This document shows positions 36,181 to 48,600 of a stretch of 64,000 nucleotides of DNA, piece by piece (within the stretch, counting starts at the first letter, position 1; each line of letters starts with the position of its first letter). The position numbers and the translations under genes were made by a program. The stretch comes from Azolla caroliniana (taxonomy: Eukaryota; Plantae; Polypodiophyta). The notes under the pieces were generated by a model. The model saw only the letters and a program-made list of their open reading frames with translations, was not told the DNA's origin and made no database searches. The stretch spans positions 10,106,001 through 10,170,000 of the forward strand of contig JBHGNT010000002.1 in assembly GCA_043228905.1 (NCBI GenBank), read 5' to 3'.

Positions 36181-37011
36181 CATGGCACACCCGTGGGATA
36201 GTGCCTTGCACGTTGAACCCACAGGTTAACTCCTTAATCTTCATTGAGTATGTCCAATATGCTCTGGTCCAAGGGTTCGAGTGGTTCCTCCTCTAATTTC
36301 TTCCTCTGTTGTTGCTCCGACTCCCTCTTCGATTGCACTAACCATTTCTCTGATCTTTGGAGCTCTGTTTCTGGTTGTTTATCCGTCTCATTCACCTATT
36401 GCTAATGTTGTTGCTACTCAGTGGAAGCCCCTGTCTTCGGTTGTTGCTCTTTATCACTAATGTTTATCTGGTCCGCCTTTTGCTCCACTTCCTTCCGTTG
36501 TCACTCCTGTTCATATACCTCCAGCTCCAATGTGTTTTGGAGTTGTTCATCCTCGAATCCTTCGAGCAATTTCCGGATAGCGTCCATTTGTGCATTGGCC
36601 AGGGCGTAAAAATCAGCCCTTGCTCCTCCTTGAGTCTCTGTGTGGCTGGCTCTTCCAACTCCTATTCTGGTATCGGCCTTTGTGCCTCCTACTGTTATTG
36701 TGTCGGAGTGGTTGTATTGCTCCATCTTTCTCTAGTGTTTTTGTTGACCTTCCGGCCGGTACAAGGAGTGCGGAACGGTGAAAACATTAGTGGGTTGTAG
36801 ATAGGCCGAGAGGAGAACGAAGTCGCTATGGAGGGGAGAGGGAGACGAAATCACCAAGAATGATTTGAGCGCACCCGAATCGTAGACATAACTTGGTGTA
36901 AGCGAGGTTAGAAGAGATAGGGAGAGGGGAGAGGGAGATGAGGAATCAAACACTAATAATAAACTCTACATAAGATTAAAACACCAAAAAAGATTAAAAC
37001 ATACCCATAAG

Positions 37012-37014
<3 letters not shown>

Positions 37015-37046
<32 letters not shown>

Positions 37047-37059
37047 TAGATAGATAGAT
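37015..37059. repeat. Compound (GA)n(GATA)n microsatellite
   Basis: Read directly. Confidence 0.95.
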
Positions 37060-37749
37060 TATATTATCGTCTTCGGAGGTCAAATATGACCTATGAGACC
37101 AAAAAATTACATTTCACGTGATACGTGTGAAAGTGAGTAGTGACTCTCGATGTTCAAGAACTTTACCAATGAATGTTGCAATTGAGAGTGCACATTGTGG
37201 TTGTGAGAGGAATTCATGCAAAGATTGGGCTCGATCGAAGAGATGTGGAAAGCATGGTCGAATATGATCAAAGGCAGAGCATTGTATCAAAGTGTGATAC
37301 TCAAACTCGCGAACTTGTTTAGGGCAAAGTGTGCATAGCCGACCACTCTCATCACTTGTACCCTAACGCCCTGTTTCACATCACAATGCATGTGAGCTAA
37401 GTCGCATGGAAGCAATGGTTCGAATGGAAGATAACGGTATGGGCTCTAACATTTATGGATGTGTACGATTTCCCCGTTCCGCAAAGAATATGGTTTTGTA
37501 GTTAGGTGCAACATATCTAGTATAATGTGTGAAGCGTGAGCCTCCACATTTGTCCCATGTCATGATACATTGGCGTTGCAAAAATGTATCATGAAAGAAA
37601 TATTAACGTCTTCTAAGGCCAAATTTGGCCCATGAGACAATTGGTTTACAACAAAAATGAGTGTTTATCCAATCATCAAAACTAAAATAAAAGAAAATAG
37701 CTTAAGCTAAAAGAGTAGTACTGTACAAAACTTTGCACTAAGCCTAATC

Positions 37750-40712
37750 TCATTTCCACCCAAGTCTCTCAAAAAGAAGTGGGAGGTCAAAAGTTTTTGG
37801 TGTGGGTGTGACCCATGGTCCCAGTGTATAGAGTGGCCTAGCCATGGCTTCTAGGCGGTGTAGTTCACGTTCCCTTATTTTCTTTATTGCTTCTACATCT
37901 CGTCGAGTTGCTTTGAAACCCGACATCCAAGGGCGTTTGGTTCTTCTTTGATTTTCTGCTTCATCAAGGAAAAGCCCGAGTGGTGTAGGTGTGTCGACAT
38001 TCATTGTCTCCCCATGTTCCTGAAAAACTGCATTTGTTACATGTTGGTAAACATTAGCAACATTATTATCAACATTTTGTAACTTATTCTCTCTGTGTTG
38101 TTTCAATTCTAAGATGTATCTACCTAATTTCTTTATATCTAGTGTATCTAATAGTTTAGGGAGGGTGGGAGAGGAACCAAGTATGTCTTGGTATTTTGCC
38201 CTTATCTCGGCATAGGTGGGGCATTTGCATGTAAAATGGTACTCATCCTCTATCTCTATGTGGCATAACCTACATATCCTTTCCTCCCTAGGGACTTCAT
38301 TAGTACGTCCATTCTCAATCTCAAGTTGGTGAGATGATATTCTAAGTTGACCAATGCCAACCCTTAGTGCATGTGGTAAGAATACATCTAGATATCTTGG
38401 TCGCGTGATAAAACCTAACTTAGAGAAGTGCATAAAGTGTTCCTTATAGTACGACATTTTAGATGGGAGTGGCTCTAGTGGGGTGATCCATTTATACTGA
38501 GTATAAATTTGCCATATTTCTTGGCGTATTTCTTTATTATGGTCCTCATGAGAGATTAAAGTGTTATCAGTCGTGTGGTCGTACTTAAGGGGGGGGAGGT
38601 TATTCATGTCTAGACCATTGGCAAGAAGCCAACTCACCATCACGCCATACCATGAGCTAGTATAGCCGGACTCATACAGTGCTCGAGAAGCCTTAAAGTC
38701 TTGATGGGATATTCTATCAAGTGGTTGGTTATGTATCCTGTGGATAAAGACTACAAGTTGAAAAAGTGCTTCTACTAACATAGGGGGTAGAGTGAACTTG
38801 GCCCTAATAATGTCATGTGGGACCGACGATTTGCTTCGGAGTTGGCGTGATAACGTCATCACCAATGGTCTCTCTAATTGCATCCACATGAAAGATGGTA
38901 GTCCTGGAGCCCAAACCGCTAATGCATACATGAGAGAGGGAGTCACTAATGAGTCAAAGAGCCACCCTTTAGTTCGTGGCTCTTGGAAGTATGCTTGGTG
39001 GCATTGTCTCTCGAGGAGTGAGAGGGATGCATGTCTTCTTGTAAGTCTATCCTTCGCTGCTTGTGTCATCGAAAATTTACCTGAGCTAGCACTGAAAGTG
39101 ACTCCGAGGTAGACATATGATCCAACCACCTCAACTGGGCTATGGGAGATAGTTAGGTGACACTTAGCTCTAACTTGGGCCGACGTGTGGAAGATAAGGA
39201 CTTTATTTTTCCCTAGATTCACTACCAATCCTCGTTGTGTGCAAAAGTCATCTAAGGCATTAAGGTGCCTTTGTACGTCGTGTTCGGATTCAGAGAGCAA
39301 AACTATGTCGTCTGCATAGAGCAAGATACACACCTGTGTATCCCCAAGGACTACTCCATTGCCTCCCTTACAAGCAATAAAATTTGTGATCTCATCAATG
39401 TAGATCCCAAAAAGAGTCGGAGATAAGGGGCAACCTTGTTTTACACCAATAGTGCTAGTGAAACTATCGGATATGCCCTTGCTCGTCTCTTCCGACGTGT
39501 CATCTTGCACATTTCTTTACGAGCTTGTACTGAGGTAATACTACCACTGAGTTGCGATATTGTAAGTTGTCTATGTAAGCACCTACAATCCTCATCATAC
39601 CATCTATTTTGTGGCATAGATCCTACTTTACCTTGATTGGAGTGTTTCGTGTATGGGAAACTACTAACTGCTGCGGAGTGAAGGATGTGTGTGAGTTTCG
39701 TACTAAGGCTCTCTAAAGGTAGTGAAGGATCAAGGGAGGACAGATGGGCTTGAAAATGTCGAGCATATATGTCAGAGAGCTCATGTGTGAAATGTATTGT
39801 GATGTCATGGCGTGGTTGACTAGAGTTGGTGACGTTAGCGATATCGCATTTTAGCTCGAAGTATAAGAAACTATGGTCCACGCCAATAGGACATGGGGCC
39901 ACTCGGAAGGAGTTAATCATGTGGGTAGATTCATGGCGTCCTATTAGATAATCAACTGTGCTTTCCCCTCCTCCATGTGGGAAACATGTGAGCTCTTCCG
40001 AACCTAGCCACTTGGCTAGACCATTATATATGACCATGTGGTGCCGACTACCAAGTTCGAGCAAATGATGGCCAAAGCTCGTGGCGTCCGCACCTAGATC
40101 CTTTGATCTACGTGTGGTGTCTATGTCTAAAGGATCGACATTTACCATTTCTAGGTTTCTATTCATTTGAAATATTGTGCATTGTCGGGATTGGGTTCTC
40201 TCATTAAAGTCTCCTACAAGGAATACTTCTCCTTGGGAAGAATATCGGATTATGTCATCCGATAGAGGTTCATATGGGGAAGGCCCATGTGGCACTCCTT
40301 CATCAACTAATCTCGCCTTGCCAGCCAGATTATAACGAGAGACTTTCGGGGGGAAGTAACAAGTGGCAAAAAATACTGCCTCGTCCTTGCTTGTGGAGAC
40401 TTTCACTCACATAAAACGAGCTTCTGGGTTTGTGCTCAGTATTTCTATCCTATTATGTAGCTCCCTCTGAAACAATATTGCGACACCTCCATATCCCTTG
40501 GTAGTGCATCGACGTGAGGTTTGTCTAAAAGCCGACTCCCAACGAAATCCTTCGACTCGTGGGAGTCCCCTATTTGGGTTTTGGTGTGTTTCTACTAGGC
40601 AAACTATATCTGATTCCTTTAATATCTCCTCTAGGCGTCTGGGGTGTGTCCAGAGTGCACCGTTACAATTCCATAAGGTCATCCTAAGTGTGCTTTCTAT
40701 CACATGGACCAC
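37750..40712 (-). pseudogene. LINE ORF2p (APE endonuclease, RT, C-terminal zinc finger); in-frame stop at 40407, deletion near 39480
   Basis: WNCNG, DIVCLVETH, GGVAIL, VGDFN, STVDY, DH; KQGCPLSPTLF, LLYADD, YVYLGV; RICRLCHIEIEDEYHFTCKCPTY. Confidence 0.9.
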
Positions 40713-40718
40713 ACACCG

Positions 40719-41525
40719 TCAATTAGTAGTGCAATAATTTATGATCACTCGCCCATCGGGATAAAAGGTGCGATGCCCTTCTTTACGAGCTTGCATAACC
40801 TTTGCCATACAACTCTTGCGATGCTCCATTTGCATCTTGGTGAGGTCTTCATCGAGATAGATAGGGTCCCCACCCAATCCTCGAAGAATCGGTCTCTTCT
40901 TAAAGAAAGTGATTCTAGAGTCTAAGTCTTTAAATTGAAGAACTAAGGCTCTCTTCCTAGTTGTGTTGCGTCCGGCCCTCCAAGCTTTGGTGATAGGTAG
41001 GGTCATTGTGTACCCTAACATTTTCACGAGTGTTTGTGCATCCTCGTCCGGGGATGCACCTTCCTTGAGCCCACTAACACGCAAATTTAGGCGTCCGGCC
41101 TGATGCATTTTCTCCTCTTCAAGGGTGGTATTAACAATATTTTCATCTTTTATTTCTTTTTTAATGTTTCTTTTAACCACATCTACCCAACCTGTTTTTC
41201 CTAACTCTATGTTATTTTTAACCTCCTCTTTAACATTTTTGATCTCATCTTTTATATCCTCTATGGAGGATATTTCACCGTCCTCTTGGGATACCTCGAT
41301 GTCATTAAGTTGTTGTTTGAGGTTTGTGTTTTCCTCTTTAAGTTTTTCTATTTCGGACTTGAGGGCGTCTTTTTCCTCTCTATCTTTTTTCTTGTGGGTT
41401 TCAGCGTCTTTCACCCATTTTTTCATATCCATCTCTATTTTTGTTAAACGGTTAAACATATCTAAAAAGTCCTCCTTACTTATGGCCTTGTCTTGTGTAT
41501 CCTTATGTTCCTTTCGTTTAGACAT
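40719..41525 (-). CDS. LINE ORF1p (coiled coil plus RRM-like domain), 268 aa
   Basis: Heptad-rich N-half; LNLRVSGLKE, AWRAGR, LVLQF, IYLDEDLT motifs typical of LINE ORF1; directly upstream of ORF2. Confidence 0.8.
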   Translation of the reverse strand: MSKRKEHKDTQDKAISKEDFLDMFNRLTKIEMDMKKWVKDAETHKKKDREEKDALKSEIEKLKEENTNLKQQLNDIEVSQEDGEISSIEDIKDEIKNVKEEVKNNIELGKTGWVDVVKRNIKKEIKDENIVNTTLEEEKMHQAGRLNLRVSGLKEGASPDEDAQTLVKMLGYTMTLPITKAWRAGRNTTRKRALVLQFKDLDSRITFFKKRPILRGLGGDPIYLDEDLTKMQMEHRKSCMAKVMQARKEGHRTFYPDGRVIINYCTTN

Positions 41526-42019
41526 TGTAGTGTCAATAAGAAAAAAAGATAAAATAAATGGGTTTGAGACTTAGCCGAGTTTGTGTGTATGTCGCAGTCA
41601 CATCGGCATTTTGCACGCGATGAGCATGCTAAAAGAACAAGGATGCGCCGCCAAGAAAAGAAATACGGCACTCGGCAACGTCAAGAACAAGAAGGAGAAG
41701 AACATGGAAACGGCAATGGCGACTATGACGGACGATGACGAATGGCCGCAGGTTGTCCAACACACAGACGGCAACTGACGGCAATTGATGACAGCGTGGC
41801 AATAAACGGCGACAGACGTCAACAGATGGTGATGGACGTCAGAGGCGGCAATGCGGAAACAAACAACAACACAATAGGGGGGGGAGAGAGAGAGTGCAAC
41901 ACGGTAGCAAGTGGTGACAAATGTCGTAGACGGCAACGACGGCAGCGTGGCAACAACAGCACGACCGTTGCAGAGAGGCAACAACAGCACGACCGTTGCA
42001 GAGAGAGAAATTAAAAGGA

Positions 42020-43190
42020 AAATTAATGTCGTGCAAAGGAAAGTTATGCTCTATGCCCATCTTCACTTTGTCCTCTGTCGCCTCTTTCTCCTTCTTCATC
42101 TGCTTTATTAATGTCATCGTCGTCGTTGCTGCTTGCTCCTCATAATCCTTGAATTGGGTCTGATATGTCATGTAGACCCTTTCCAATGTCTTCCATGAAC
42201 ACTAGATGATTTGGTTTTGAGTGTCCCGCAATTCCGACTGCTCTTTTGCCGCGTCGGTCAATAGTTGCGTTGTTCTTTCTTCAAGCAGTTTTTCCAATGT
42301 CGACACACCCTCCGTCTTCTCCTTGAGTTCTGCCCGAACTTCTTTCAACTTCTCTTGCTGTCGGTCATAATCCGTTTCCAGCCTCCGATCGTCCTCGTCC
42401 TTATGCTGCTGGATTTCCTCCTAGAGCCTCTCAATTTCCGTTTCTGCCATTCAACAAAGTTTATCTTTTTCTTGCAACAAACTTTCTTTTTCCTCCTTCA
42501 GCCAATCGGTGTTGCTCTGTGTCGTCTAGAGACTTTCCTTGGTCCTCCGTTTCTCCTCCTCGGTTGTCTTCCGTAGTTCTGTTTCTTTCTCTCTCACTAC
42601 CACTTGCACGACCAACTCTTCCTTGAAAACTTCGATTTCTTTCGTCCACTCACGCTCATTCTCCGATGTCGTGCTAGCCCCCAGTTCTGCTTCTTTCTCC
42701 AAAGCCTTCTCCTGTGTTCTTTCTGGTTCGATTGGCTCCATTTCTATATTGGTTCCCTAGCCCATGTTAGCCATAATGGCCACTTATTCCTTGGCCCTTT
42801 CCAACTCTTCTTCCAAACTCCTAATTCAGTTCCGGGCTTCTTCCAACTGTCCGGTCATTGTCATCAGTTGCTCCGTTTGTGGTGTGGGTCGATTGAACAT
42901 ATCCAATCGTGCTGCTTCTACTCGGTCTGCCATTTTGGTAACCTACTTGCCTAACCATTCCAACTACCGTCAGCAGGTTTCCTGTTGTTGAAGTACAATG
43001 AACTATTGTACAACTTTCGACATCGGCCCTTGCTCCTCCCCAAGATTCTGTGTGGCCGGCTCTTCCAACTCCTATTTTGGTATCGGCCTTTGTGCCTCTT
43101 GTTGTTGTGTCGGACCCGGTTGTACTGCTCCTTTCTCTAGTTCCCGTGGAACCTTCTCAACCGTTTTTGGTCTCTCCTCTGTGCATGAAC
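42020..43190 (-). pseudogene. Decayed coiled-coil extra-ORF remnant related to 36200-36760 and to ORF3 of H/I
   Basis: 43027-43100 nearly duplicates 36616-36690; E/K/R-rich heptad fragments; LEWLGK motif resembles LVEWLAK of I ORF3. Confidence 0.55.
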
Positions 43191-43219
43191 GCAAACGAAG
43201 CCCCTGTAGCAGCAGAAAA

Positions 43220-44862
43220 ACTCTGAGATCGACATTGCACCTTCAGAGCTACAACACACGAGCTAGTCGATCCTCGTCCAGGTATGTATCAGTTACATAT
43301 TAAAAAAACTTGTTTTTTCCTAATTTATAACTGTCTCTAACTTTGGTGCCTGTTCATCTTTCCCAAAAATCGAATAGGGCGAAGTCGTTGGAGTCCCAAA
43401 CAAGGATGTCTCGAAGATCGGGGTGTAGCAGCAGGTGCATTTCTGATTGACAGAATTTCGTAGTATGGTTGATTTCTGCCTTTAGTGATGATTAGGGTTT
43501 GTGTTTCCCTTAAGTGGTTTAGGGTTTCTGATTACAAATTTTAGATTGCAAGTTTCTGGTTACAAATTTCTAATTACAAATTTCTGATTACAAATTTCTG
43601 ATTACTGTTGCAATCTGTTGTAATTTTGCACCAATTCTCATGACAAATTCTGATTAGGGTTTCTGATTTTTTAAATGGTTGATTTCTGATACATGTTGAA
43701 AAGAACAGATTACAAATTTCAGATTACTGTCTCAAAGTGTTGTAATATTGCATCAAATTCACATTAAAAAGTTTGCTTTTGCACCAATTCTAATTATTGA
43801 TTTTCTATTTCAGGTGGCTCGTTCCTCCCTATCCTAGAGTGCTGAACTTTGCAAAATTTTGCGAGACAAAGGAGGACTTTCACAACATATATGGTATGTC
43901 GCTCGAGGGTATTGACCCTGCTGTTCTAACTGATATATTGATTAGTAATGTAGACTGGATGTGAGTATATAAAGTGCCTAGAGTGAAAGGGAAGGCCCAG
44001 CTCAAGCATGTACGACCGAACCTGTACGACGACTGCATGAGACTACACCAGAAAGTACATGAAGACATCCCGGTCCACAACGAGTTGTGAGTTTCATTTG
44101 CAAGAGCTTTTGCATACGAGTATTGCATAACAACCAAGGAATCTCATGACCCTGAAATGTATAGGGTAGCTTGGGCAATTTATGGTGACACATTGGTAGA
44201 AAGATGTCGGAAGATGGGGAGCTTGCAACAAAAAATGCGAAGATTTTGGAGCATGGTAGTTGATGATGCAACTGTCGACTCCCAACAAACCCGCAAGTAT
44301 ACGCCACACCGACACACAATGAAAGCCAATGTCGATGATACAGGTGAGACATTGATTAGCTATATGCTAAAAAATGTCCATGAAGCCTGTGAGACATTGG
44401 AGTTTTTTAAGACTTATTTAGAGAAAGCAACATTGGCTGCTGCGATGGAGAGAAAAGTCACTTTGGCAGTTACAACAATCAGAAATAAGATTCAGGTACC
44501 TATTGTTTTGCTAGTATGTAATATGTTATAAATAACTTGTACGTGAAAATGTGCTATTGAGGCATTATCTGGAACAAGTTGCTCAACATGAACTTACTCC
44601 CTTACCAAATGAAGGAGAACCAGGAAACGATATATTGACTGTTCAAGCACGTTGCATCGCTTGTGGATCACGTGTAGAGGACAAATCTGCTACTCTGTTG
44701 GTTCACCTACAACCATGCCAACACACATACCATATTGTTTGTTTTCAATATGCCTGTCGCATTGTTGCATTTTGTTTGGGGGATTGTAGTACAACTCTCC
44801 CAAATGAGTGGAGAAAACACACAGGTAAAATTGTTGCTTGTGACCATAGTGTAGCTAATTAG
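43220..44862 (+). pseudogene. Decayed, possibly intron-containing gene ending in a RING-H2-like domain
   Basis: ORF 44551-44862 has CIAC-x17-CQHTYHIVC-x-CLGDC; candidate splice sites CAG/GT (~43281, 43434, 44495, 44824) and TTTCAG acceptor at 43813; stops in 43814-44150. Confidence 0.45.
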
Positions 44863-45638
44863 TTCCATCTTTGCTAATTAGGTAAGCTGTATAAATTGTG
44901 GAAACTATTTAGCTATTAGGGTTGTAGTGTAGTAGTTAATTACCTAACATGTAGTTAATTAGCTAAGTGGTAGCTAATTAGCTACTACCATACTTTAGCT
45001 GAGTACTTAGCTAGGTAGCTACTGCCATACTTCAGTTGAATAGATAATTCGCTAAGTGGAAGCTAATTAGCTATTACCATAGTTTAGTACACTAGCTAAT
45101 TAGGTAAGTGGTAGCTAATTAGCTACTACCCTAGTTTAGTGCAGTAGCTAATTAGCTAAGTGGTAGCTAATTAGCTCCTACCATAGTTTAGTGTAGTAGC
45201 TAATTAGCTACTATCATAGTTTAGTGCAGTAGCTAATATGCTACTACGATAGTTTTGTACAATAGCTAATTAGCTAAATGGTAGCTACTTAGCTACTACC
45301 ATAGTTTTGTACAATAGCTAATTAGCTAAGTGGTAGATAATTAGCTACTACCATAGTTTAGTACAATAGCTAATTAGCTACCAGTTAGATAATTAGCTAC
45401 TACCATACTGTAGCAAAGTAGCTAATTATGTAAGTGGTAGCTATTTAGCTACTACCATAGTTTAGTACAGTAGCTAATTAGTTGAGTGGTAGCTAATTAG
45501 CGACTACCATAGTTTAGTACAGTAGTTAATTAGCTAAGTGGTAGCTAATTAGCTACTACCATACTTTAGCTGAGTAGCTAATTAGCTACCACTTACCTAA
45601 TTAGCTACTACCATAGTTTAGTACAATAGTGAATTAGC
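44850..45638. repeat. Tandem satellite, ~52-bp (and ~33-bp) units built on the palindrome TAGCTAATTAGCTA
   Basis: Consensus TAGCTAATTAGCTAAGTGGTAGCTAATTAGCTACTACCATAGTTTAGTACAG. Confidence 0.93.
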
Positions 45639-48600
45639 CAGTCCTTCGACCTAGACCTCAAGGTGACTGCGTTGCAAGGAATGGTACCGTTGTACCGTAA
45701 TACGTAATGGGATACTTCCCCGTATCCTAGTAGTGTATAAGGGAGATGGCTACAACCGAACTCCTTAGGAAGTGCACTTAGTATCTGCACTTACGCCTAC
45801 ACCTTTACGATTACAGTCTGCCACAGAGAACAAAGGACACAGTAGATAAAACCAGAAATATGCACAGAAATCAGAGAAGATAGTATTCTATTAGAACAAC
45901 GCTCTATGCATCAAAATTACACGTTACCTCTTATAGAGGATTTCTGCCCTTTATATACCCAGGGTCTTTTAGCCGTTCACGCTTCCCGCGTGAACTGTTA
46001 CATGCATTTCTTACGCTTTTACTATATTCTAATATTTCTATGCTTCTGTCTGTCAGTTACTATTCTGGCGGACAACACCTGGCACACCTATGGGATAGTG
46101 CCATGGCACATCGGACCCACCCCTTTAATCTTCGTCCAAAATGGCCCGGATGTTTGGTTCTGCCCCGATGTCCTGGTCTGGGCGCGTCGTTGCGCAGTTC
46201 CATGTCTTGTACGTGCTCGATGGGGCTTTCCATGGTGTTAATGTCTCCCTGTATGGGCAGTCTGGGCTCTACTGGCTCCTCTCGTTCTACTGTGGCTAGC
46301 TCATCTGTTTACGGGCTCTCGGGAGGTTGATGCTCTATCCTGTCCGTAACTTCCTTCGTGTTGCCGGCCGTAGTCGTATGCTCTGGTGAATGGGGCTGAG
46401 GTTCGTCCTGTTCGGTGGTCTCACTTTTCGGTATCGCGAGGGGTTTCGCTCGTTGTTCCGTGCTGCCTACCGTAGTTGTTTTTTCTGGTGACGTGGGCTG
46501 AGGTTCCTCTTGTTCGGCAGTATCACTTACTGGTATCGCGATGGATTCCTTGTTTGGTCGTGTGATGCCGGCTTCCATGATTATGTGAAACATGTCCTCC
46601 TGACTTTTGCCAAAATCGTCTAGTAGCTACGCGAGTTCCTCGGAGTGCTGGTCCGCTAGCATGAGATAATCCTGCGCTGGTCCTCATGTATTGCCGCAAT
46701 TCTTTCCTCATTGAGTTTGTAGAAACCTCGGCCATCTTTCCTTCGGTTCTCATAGTCCGCCTGGTAAGTATGCAACTCCGCCGCTTGTGCAGCCCACACC
46801 ATCTAGCCTTTGTGTAGCGCCGCTTGTAATTGTGTCGTAAACCTCTCCCGATTTGTTTGAGGAAGTATGCTCCTCTTTCCTGCCCATAACTGAGACTCCT
46901 TCAAGTGTAATTCCTCCAGCTTTCCCATTTCATTGTTCAAGTGGATTTCGATCTGATGCCTCACCTCTTGTTCCCTTACAAGCTGCTCGCCGAACCACAC
47001 TTTCTTCTTTTCCAATAATGCCTGGAGTCCCATGATCGCCGTTTCCGATTTTTGTGCTTCCTCCTGTAGTTTGGAGTTTTCTTCTTTCGTGCGGGTGTGC
47101 TCTGCTGCCTCTGCTTCGAGTTTGTCTTCGAGGGCCTTAATTTGCCTTTCGTCCTTTGGCCCGGATGTCCATTTCTTTGTCGGAGGATTGGCAGAGTTTG
47201 GAGTGGAGGCGGTCAATCTTGGATTCCGTCAGCTGCACGACCCACTTTGCTTTTGAGGCAATGGCTGTCTGGGCCTTCAACCTCTTCTCTCAGGGACTGG
47301 TCCTCGGCGTTTAATGGGGGTAGTTCAATTCCCATTTGGCGTATCCCGACATTCCACTATCTTCCTACTCTGGCTAGTGGCCCCTCATCATCACTTTCCA
47401 CCGTTTTTGTTAACGCGCGCTCAATCATTTGTCATTCCGTGTGCTCCTCGGCCATTCGTTGTGAGACTTTTATTTGTTGTGTAGCCAAAAATTCCACGAG
47501 TTCGTAAGTAGTTCCGAACTGTAATAGTGTGCCGAACTCATGGGATGTGTCCAGAATGTCCAGTTCCTTCAAGACCTCGCTTTCCGTTGTAAATACGCCT
47601 TTCCCCCGCTGTGACTGGGCCGTAATGATCGGCCGTGGTTCCCGGATTATTTCAAAACTGGTGTTGGGCTCCGTAGCTACGGAACTGTCAACCACGACGG
47701 TCGTCTCTGTGGCCGTGAGTGTGTCTTTAACTAATCCGCGCCCATCTTTCCTGTCTAGACTCGGCCGTTTCGGCCTCGGACTTTCCTGACGTTGCTCGGC
47801 TTCCTGCTCCTGCCGGGCTTCCTCCCTACGCTCCGACCGTTCTTATTGTCTTGTCCGCGTGCTAGGCTGGGCCGATTGGGATTCATCCTCCCATTCTGTG
47901 GTGGCCAACTCCGCTAACCTCCGTTTCGCGGAACATGGCGGCAGCGTGGGTTTGCTGGGTTGTGGTGTGGGTAGACCTCTGAGTGGGAATAGTATCGTCA
48001 GATACTGTTGTATGATTGGCCTTAGCTTTTTGCCGCCTTGATACGTGTGCAAGCCTTCCCGTCACGTTGGTCCCGTAATGACCCCCCAATCGACCACGTG
48101 CCCTTCGAAGCTATCAATGATGATGCCTGCCTTCTGCTTTGGCATCCCATAGGCATTTACATGCATGCATCCGACTTCCAACAAGAACTTGGCTATTTCG
48201 CGAAAGAAGGGATAGGGGATTTCCTTCGTCTTGTATGCCTTGGTGGACGCCGAATATGCCCTGAAATATCTCTTCAAGGTTTTCGCAGGAGAAATGTCGA
48301 AATGTCTTTCTCCAAGCGATGACAGGTCAAGCTTCTTCCGGATGGATGAGTTGGTGACCGTGTCTATATTGAATTTCTTGGCGATGTCCAGGGCTTCAAG
48401 ATGAGCGGGTGCCTCGGCGACTTTGATGTATCCATCTAGGCACTTTTTGACGAGCCATCTACGCAAGGTTGCAGAAATAGGGATTGGCATTGTAGGAGGG
48501 TGAGACTCGTGGATAGTGGGTGAGGTATGTTGGCTATGGCGAACTTGAGCTCTCTGATATGATGGAGAGGAAGGTGAGTGAGGGGAGCGGTGAGAGCGAT

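Larger units (their letters stand above)
37750..41525 (-). mobile_element. Two-ORF non-LTR retrotransposon (LINE), internally deleted; true termini not resolved
   Basis: ORF1 40719-41525; ORF2 with APE, RT and a C-terminal Cys/His motif. Confidence 0.9.

Noticed and set aside
37015-37059. Microsatellite as the 3' tail of the LINE
   Set aside because: About 700 bp from the ORF2 stop and no TSD found to support it
41580-42010. GACGGCAAC-rich low-complexity stretch with a ~28-bp tandem duplication as a gene
   Set aside because: Overlapping short ORFs in several frames with no motif; may be LINE 5' UTR or simple sequence
44850-45638. Palindromic repeat array as a CRISPR array
   Set aside because: Intervening sequences are themselves repeated, not unique spacers; no cas genes; eukaryotic TE context
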